Positions 35,871 to 42,934 of a DNA stretch of 42,934 nucleotides are shown here, piece by piece (within the stretch, counting starts at the first letter, position 1; every line of letters starts with the position of its first letter). The stretch comes from Nemertoderma westbladi. Its lineage: Eukaryota > Animalia > Xenacoelomorpha. The stretch lies in assembly GCA_032718475.1 (NCBI GenBank), contig JAUCBJ010004700.1:1-42934 (forward strand), given 5' to 3'. The notes under the pieces were generated by a model that had not been told where the DNA came from, ran no database searches, and saw nothing but the letters and a program-made list of their open reading frames with translations. Position numbers and translations under genes: made by a program.

Positions 35871-36387
35871 CTATATGATATGGCCGGTCGTGCACGGGCT
35901 TTCCATGAGTTGGTTTCCATGAGTATGTTTTTTTTTTTTTGTTAAAATGAGGTGTGCGCGTTTTTTGCGGTGCATGCGCGGTATATTGTCCAATATTATA
36001 TTGCGCGGGTGAAAAATTGTGCGCAGGCATTGTGCGCAGTTCAGTGGTGGTTTGCAGCCTGGTACCTGACAGTCGGGGAGAAGTTCAAATTTCAACTGAG
36101 TTGAAATTTAAAACTTTTTTTTAAATTCAACTTTTAAGTTGTAAATTCAACTCTAAAATGGCAGGAGTCACAGAAGGCCCCCAAGATGTGACAGAAGGGG
36201 TGTTTTTATTGTTTTTATGGATGTTAAGTCGAAAAATTAACCCTCATTACCGATAGAATAACAACTTTCACCGTCGGGAACACTTTTTTTAAAACATTTT
36301 AATTGATTACATTTGCAAATTAGCTGAAATACAACGGGAATTTATTCGATGTATTTAATTACCGCTGAATGTCATAATTATTATACA

Positions 36388-37686
36388 CAGGGGCGGTTCT
36401 AGGATTTTGCTTGGGGGGGGGGGGGGGGCAAAATATTTAATTTGCTGAAATCAATTTTTCGGACTTGTAAATGGCTCCACGCAAGCAGTGGAGTCCAATC
36501 TGGACAAGTTTATAAACGCCAGCGTAAAACGTTCAAAAAAAAACATTCCCAACAACAACTTTGTCTAAACCCGTCTATGTCTAATTATCTAATTATTTAG
36601 TTAATGGAAGGGTCGTAGCCGTCAGTTGGTGGTAACCCGTATCGTTCCAAAGATGTGGAGGAGAGACGTGACGTGTGTGGCACTCTTTTCAATTAATTTG
36701 TAATGATATCGTTTATTGTTTTGGTTAGTTAGGTTTCGGTATGGATGGAGATGGTGTTCTGCGCAATAAAATAATTAACTTATATTTAATTATTTAAGAG
36801 GCAATATATATACTTTAGTATTTTTAGCCGTACAAACTTTCATAACATATGTGTTTGTGGAAAATAAGTAATTAAATGACAGACTGAATTTAATTTTACT
36901 TAAATGCAATGGGCCATTATTTGTATTTTTAACCCTGTTGAAAATTATTAATTCAGACTATTTTAATTGCAAAATTATATTACAGATATTAAGAAATTTA
37001 CTGCTTAAAAACTGAATTTCAAAGCGACTGATTTCCAGTGACCATACCATGGACCAATCGCAGGAGACATCTACCTTCTCACCTGTGACACCTTCACATG
37101 TGCAATGTGGAAAGACAGTGCTGAAAGGCTATGCAACCAATACAGAACCAACCTGTATGTATGTTTGTATGTTGGATTGACAAAATTTCTAGCATCAATA
37201 AGCTAAACTTGGAACTACCATTATACTATCAGCTGGCTATGATGCCACTGCTGCTCAAATTTTGGCGCCCCTTAGAAGGTGCCCCCCTTCTGCACGCCAC
37301 TGCACGGTGGAGAAGACGTTTCGGAAACAAGCTACAGTTCGTCGCGGCCCCCAATGAAAAAAAATAAACAAAAGGAAACATTAAAAAAAATATTATACTT
37401 TGAAAAAATTTCCCGATTTTTTTCCCGAATTCCCAAAGTTCCAGAATTTTACAAAAATATCAGAGTGTTTTATAATGGATATCCCCGGGTAGTAACTAAA
37501 TTTTGAAAAAAAAATAGAAGTCTTTTCCCAGAGAGGTCTGTTTTCGAGCAAGTCGGTACCCACTGGTACGGATTTACCACATTACCTTTCGCTAGGGAGG
37601 GGGCAAAGCTCCCCCCTCCCCCCAATATACCTGGGGAGGGGCAGATGCCCCATTGCCCCCCCCCCCCCCCTCTAGAACCGCCACTG
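36388..37686. mobile_element. hAT-like non-autonomous element (possibly composite)
   Basis: TIRs CAGGGGCGGTTCTAG / CTAGAACCGCCACTG with subterminal poly-G/poly-C. A second hAT-like end (GCACGCCACTG) lies near 37300. No 8-bp TSD is visible. Confidence 0.6.
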
Positions 37687-38088
37687 TCTACCGAGCATCA
37701 CCATCCTGTCCCATAATAACTTCGCAGCGGCTTTGTGTCGACGGTCGAAAAGTGGCCATACAGTAGTGCTTTTTTTCTGACCTTCGTCCTGGAACCCCAC
37801 GCAGCCGGGTACTATACAGCTATACACCGGCTTTCATTGCAGTAAAGAAAAGTGTAGGAGCCGTATAACCGCGGTATAATCAGTTTTCAGATCTAGCTCC
37901 TCTACTAATTTATTATGCCCTAGATTAATTAAATAAAACACGGCAAAGATAGGTGGAATATTCTGATATTCAATTAAAGGGATATTGCGTTAGAGAAACT
38001 GTGATAGGCAAAACAGAAGTAGGCCTAAGCAGCTAGGCTTGTACAGTCTGCAGTCTGATAGTTGTAGCTAGAATAATTGCTGAATTGC

Positions 38089-38134
38089 ATCGGATCGGAT
38101 CGGATCGGATCGGATCGGATCGGATCGGATCGGA
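38089..38134. repeat. (ATCGG)9 microsatellite
   Basis: Read directly from the sequence. Confidence 0.95.
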
Positions 38135-38177
38135 CGGCATCTGACATATAATTCTACCTCACCATGCAGACCCATGC

Positions 38178-39900
38178 ATCATGCTGCATGAAGGACTTTT
38201 AGCAGTTTCAACAGCCCTTTGCAGCATTTATCATGCTGCACAAAGGCGTCTGAACAGTTTCAACAGCTATTTTCGGCATTCTCATATTGCACAAAGCCCT
38301 CTGAACAACTTCAAATGTTATTTTCAGCATTTATGCTGCATGAAGGACTTTGAACAGTTTTATAACTTTCAACAGCAATTTTCAGCAATTCTCATGTTGC
38401 ACGAAGCCATCTGAACAATTTCAACTGTTATTTTCAGCATTTATCATGCGGCATGAAGAACTCTGTGAACAGTTTTATCAACTCTTTTCAGCTTTTCAGT
38501 AATTCACATTCTGTGCGAATGCCTGAAAGTTTCAAAACTTATTTTCAGTCTTTCTCAAGCTGCTCGAAGACCTCTGAACAGTTTCAACAGCTCTTTTCAG
38601 CATTTATCATGATGTACAAAGGTCTCTGAGCAGCTTTGAGAGATCTTTTATCTATTTTTCAAACTGTGCGAAGGCCCCTGGGCAGTTTTATCAGGGGTGC
38701 ATGTAAAGAGCGGACTGCGGACTACGGACTGCGGTTTGCCGAAATCCACGCGGTTAATTTGAATTATCGACTTCCAAACTAAGAATCCGTTCTTTGTTGT
38801 CTGGACAAATGGCGGACTGAAGCCGGCAAATTGTAACCTGATTGGCTCAATCATTTACATAGGTTGAAAGGGAACTTAAAGAATGAATCATCCCATTGCA
38901 GCATTGGCTTTTAAATGTTTACCATTGCGCAACAAGGATAACAGGTACATAACAAGTATAACAAGTAATACAGGAAATAATTATCCTATACAGTAATTAC
39001 TTGCACTGTTGATTAAGGAACTACTACTAGTGGCGAACCTATACCTACTGAGGACTAGTGGCGGACCTACCTCTACTCTAAATACAGTAGTAATCAGGTA
39101 ATATTTTCCTAAACTTTCACATCAAGGCACTATCATCTTACGTAAGCCTGGATGTATTATAGTAAGTTTAGTTTTGGACGTTTAAGAATAGGCCTACTAC
39201 ACGTGCAATACGGCCGCCATCGATTACGTTACTTATTATACTTAGTTTTAGTTTGAATTAATCGAAAACTTCAACCGGTAGCCGGTAGGCCAACAGTACA
39301 TGCCTGCTGACGGCATAGCTTAATTGATACCGCACCTGTAGGCCTACTTAATTACTTACAGTATAATTATACTGTAGTAATGTTGGGATATTGTTTGTGT
39401 TTCCCCATCTTATGTGTCACAATGAAAACATTTAACTTAAGCCAATAAGAGGAATCAGGAAAGTTCCCTTTGGGCCTATGTAAATGATTGAGCCAATCAG
39501 GTTACAATTTTCTGGCATTATTCCGCCATTTGTCCAGACAACAAAGAGCGGATTCTTACATTATAATGCTATAAATTCAAATTGACCGCGCATATTTGGG
39601 CTTTTAATTGACAATTCGCAGTCCGTAGTCCGCAGTCCGCTCTTTACATGCACCCGTTTTATCAGTTCTTTTCAGTTTTTCTCATGATACATGATACCCT
39701 CTGAACAATTTCAACTGCACTTTTCAGCATTTATCATGCTGCACAAAGGACTTTGAACAGTTTTAGTAGCTCTTTTTTAGTATTTAACATGCTGCGCGAA
39801 GGCCTGAATAGTTTCAAAAGCTCTTTCCAGTATTTAAAATGCAGCAAGAATGTCGCTAACTTAAGCGTTTTGACAGCTCGTTTCAGTATTTGTGATGCTA
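38178..39900 (+). repeat. Degenerate ~52-bp tandem repeat, split by the MULE-like MITE
   Basis: Recurring CATTTATCATGCTGCA...CTGAACAGTTTCAACAGCT.TTTTCAG on both sides of 38695-39655. Confidence 0.75.
38695..39655. mobile_element. Mutator/MULE-like MITE with ~180-bp TIRs and a 9-10 bp TSD
   Basis: GGGTGCATGTAAAGAGCGGACTGCGGACTACGG / CCGTAGTCCGCAGTCCGCTCTTTACATGCACCC; both flanks read GTTTTATCAG. Confidence 0.85.
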
Positions 39901-39958
39901 CTTGAAGGTCTCTAAATAGATTTGGTGGGGTTGAAATGAATATAAGAACCCAGCGTTC

Positions 39959-40201
39959 ATGTCAATATTGACATTAGATGTCAATATTGACATGCAATAA
40001 AACATATCATTAAAATTATTACAAACAACAATATACAAATATACATTGGTTGGATTCAACAATATTTTAATTAAAATAGATATTCTCTTTACAAAAAAAC
40101 ATTTTCTACTTTTCAAATCACAATATTTAAAAAATTTATGATCAAAACATGTCAATATTGACATCATGTCAATTTTGACATGGAACATGTCAATATTGAC
40201 A
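39959..40201. repeat. Cluster of five ATGTCAATATTGACAT-type palindromes
   Basis: Two copies near 39959-39994 and three near 40149-40201 surround an AT-rich spacer. Confidence 0.8.
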
Positions 40202-40667
40202 AAGTGCCCGACTGTCAGTTGAAAATAGAACTTCTCCCCGACTGCCTGACCGCCTGAATAGGGCCTACTGCCAGACTGCAATAGGCAGATAGGGCCGAAT
40301 ATATATCTTTATCAGAAAGCCCATCCATTCCCTTCCAGCCTTCCCTTACTCTAGCTGTCTAGCTCTAGCAGGTACTGTAGCTGTAGCTAGGCAGGCCTAG
40401 CCTAGTCGCCTAGTCTACAAGTCTAGCTGTCTAGGCCTGTCAGCCTGTTGCTATTCACTATTGTCCAAGGACTACTATACTACAGGACTGGCATACTGCC
40501 TGATCCGACTTCGCTAGCGAAGTCCATTCATTTCATACTGCAGTATTGCTGTAAGTTGTACTGCTACTGTAGAATGATTTATTATACCAGTGCAGTATCT
40601 GAGTGTATACATAACCTACAAACACAGAAACAGACAGATTGACAGTTTTGCTGGTTTAGTTATAGTA

Positions 40668-40767
40668 TACTACTACCACTACTATGATCGGCATGCTGCA
40701 TTGCAGCTGCATTTTTAAGAATGCTGTGCCGGCTTGTCAACAAAATTGCACCGCCACAACTCCCTAT
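40668..40767 (-). mobile_element. ~100-bp 3' stub of the same RTE family as 24046/26673
   Basis: GATCGGCATGCTGCATTGCAGCTGCATTTTTAAGAATGCTGTGCCGGCTTGTC matches the 3' end of the longer copies; TAG-like tail. Confidence 0.85.
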
Positions 40768-40964
40768 AACTCAGTTATAGGGCAGTAGGGAGTTAGGATA
40801 GATAGGTTCTTAGTTATAGTCCTACCGCTGGTATATCGCTGGGGAATAGTAGTTACCACATTAACTACTATACTAGTTACCTAATACAGTAATCAGGTAA
40901 TAGGTATTTTAGGTCTGAAGGTGCCGTATTACTGTATTACAACATTCTGACGTTAGGCTAAACT

Positions 40965-41360
40965 ACTAAGAGAACACGAAGTGGGGACTTCGCGCAGCAC
41001 GAAGTTGGCAGAGCCTTAGCGAATTGACACTGTTAGGGGGTAGGTCAATTTATGCAAATAGTCACGTTGGCCCTCTAGCGGCAGACTGGAGAACTGCAGA
41101 TGGATTCGCCTCCTTTGAAAGTCACAGCTAATGGTCTAATACATATCTGCCAAGTTTCAGCTTAAACGGATTAAAAGCAAAGAAATGGGAGGGCATTTAA
41201 TGTTTAGACATGTGGCCCTCTAGCGGGAGACCATTGCACTGATGGTGTCTGAAAGTCTCTCAAAAATCTCAACTTTTGCTCATATTGATACCTACAAATT
41301 TTCAACTTGGCAGCTTTAAATCCGACAAAGTTATTAGCATGTCAAAATCGTAACGACGAC

Positions 41361-41429
<69 letters not shown>

Positions 41430-41530
41430 AACGACGACGACGACGACGACAACTATTTGCATAAATTGACCCACCCCCTAACAGTGTCAATTCGCTAAGG
41501 CTCCGCCAACTTCGTGGCTCGCCCCACAAG
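40965..41530. mobile_element. Non-autonomous element with 65-bp subterminal inverted repeats, internal core repeats and a (GAC)n microsatellite (HINE/DINE-like layout)
   Basis: IR 40998-41062 / 41452-41516; hairpin CGAAGT-GGGG-ACTTCG; TGGCCCTCTAGCGG at 41068 and 41213; (GAC)n 41353-41450. Confidence 0.65.
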
Positions 41531-41581
41531 TTCAGAAGTTAATTATTATTAATACATTATTACGCAGTTAGGCATATTATG

Positions 41582-41993
41582 TAGGGCTCGATCGGAGTTG
41601 GGATTTGGCCGGAGCCGGAGCAGGAGCCGGAGTTGGACAATTTGGCCGGAGCCGGAGCCAGAGTTTTTCAAAAATTTTAAAAATTTAATTATTTATTTAA
41701 AAAAAAATAAAGTATGGTTATCGTTCGCCAATCGCTCATAATCAATCATACTGTAGGTATAATTAATTTCATAATTTATAGATTTATGAATTTTCAATTT
41801 AAAATTTAAGTAATTAATTTATCACGGACAGACGGCCTGACGGCTAAAAATTACCTACAGTACCTAACTCACTAACTGTCTAACTGTGGTAGAGGTGTGG
41901 ACTGTAGGTAGCCTGCCGTACGTGTACCAGTACTGCAGTACAGTACATGCAGTATGCTGGCGGTATAGGGCTCGATCGGAGTTGGGATTTGGC
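41582..41993 (+). repeat. 28-bp direct repeat (TAGGGCTCGATCGGAGTTGGGATTTGGC) with GGAGCC subterminal repeats; probable DNA-transposon end remnants
   Basis: Copies at 41582-41609 and 41966-41993; (GGAGCC)n follows the first copy. Confidence 0.55.
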
Positions 41994-42934
41994 TCTGTAA
42001 AAATATTTTTATGCGTGTGTGCCAGATTGATGCATAGTTGCAATGCGAATATTTGAACACAGTGATTGCAATATTAAATATTTTAGAGAAACGCTGAAAT
42101 ATAGTATTCTGTATCCCTTGAGATTCATGCAGAGTGTAGACAGACTTATTGACTGTTGTATATAAACCCAGTTGACGGTAGGTACAGTACTTATCACTTA
42201 TTGTTTATTGATACATAGCCAGGGCAGTCTTTGCCAGTTGCAGTTACTGCGTGGTTCTGGTGAGCGTAGTCGTTCTGATGACACAGGTACCGAAAGAGGT
42301 GCTTACACAGATCCCGACAGAGGCTAAGAGCTGCCAATACAAGTGCCGACAGAGGTGCAGACACAGATGCCGACAGACACTTTGTGTTGAAAAGAGGGCC
42401 ATTTGTGGGACAGTGTTTTTTCCCTCACTACCTTAAAATTGTGTATAGGCAGCCCTATTGTTATATTGGCAACACACAGCAGCGCAGCGAATAATAGTTT
42501 ATTCATTAAATGGGCCACATTATTTGAAAATTGAAATATTATTTATTACAATATAGAAATAATTATGGAAAAATAGGTTGTAATATGACACTATAAAACC
42601 CATTCGAATGTTAGTTTGTAATTGCCATATATGCAACCAATATCATACTGATTGCGAGTACAGTAGTTGTGAGGAAAAGTCACTAAATATGTATTAAACT
42701 GACAGCAAGTGGATTTATCAGTAATATTTCTAACTACCATTAATGATATTACTTCTGGAGAAAATATTTTCTTTACTATTACTGTATTTTTGCTATCTAA
42801 GGCCCGCCGCACATTAGAGAAGCAAGATGCATGCATGATGAATTCTTTGAAATATACATTAAAGTAATCAAAGTAATATTAGTGTGTGTTGCCGCCAAAT
42901 ATTATTACACTACACCGCAATGTGACTAGCAGTT

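Noticed and set aside
41302-41529. Poly-Asp / poly-Arg ORFs
   Set aside because: They are translations of the (GAC)n microsatellite.
42272-42312. Second hammerhead (CTGATGA...CGAAA)
   Set aside because: No credible stem I, II or III pairing.

Overview
This is a eukaryotic (almost certainly animal) AT-rich, repeat-dense window dominated by nested retroelements. From left to right it holds an orphan 591-aa CCHC zinc-knuckle ORF, a ~6.7 kb 49-bp satellite and a near-intact Penelope-like element (RT + GIY-YIG, 146-bp pseudo-LTRs, minimal hammerhead ribozyme). Next come a TA-flanked MITE and a minus-strand Ty3/Gypsy element whose RT gene is split by a ~4 kb tandem array grown from its own coding sequence, followed by more of the 49-bp satellite. 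An inverted pair of RTE-type LINE copies then surrounds a CR1/L2 fragment and a tRNA/Deu-Nin-like SINE. The one clear host gene is an apparently intronless 2073-aa BLTP2/KIAA0100/hobbit orthologue, followed by a tail of MITEs, microsatellites and LINE 3' ends. The most notable signals are the satellite born inside the Gypsy RT, the hydrophobic insert in the Gypsy polyprotein, the PLE hammerhead, and the zinc-knuckle ORF starting next to an inverted hammerhead-flank-like sequence. All calls are by eye from the sequence and ORF track; no searches were run.
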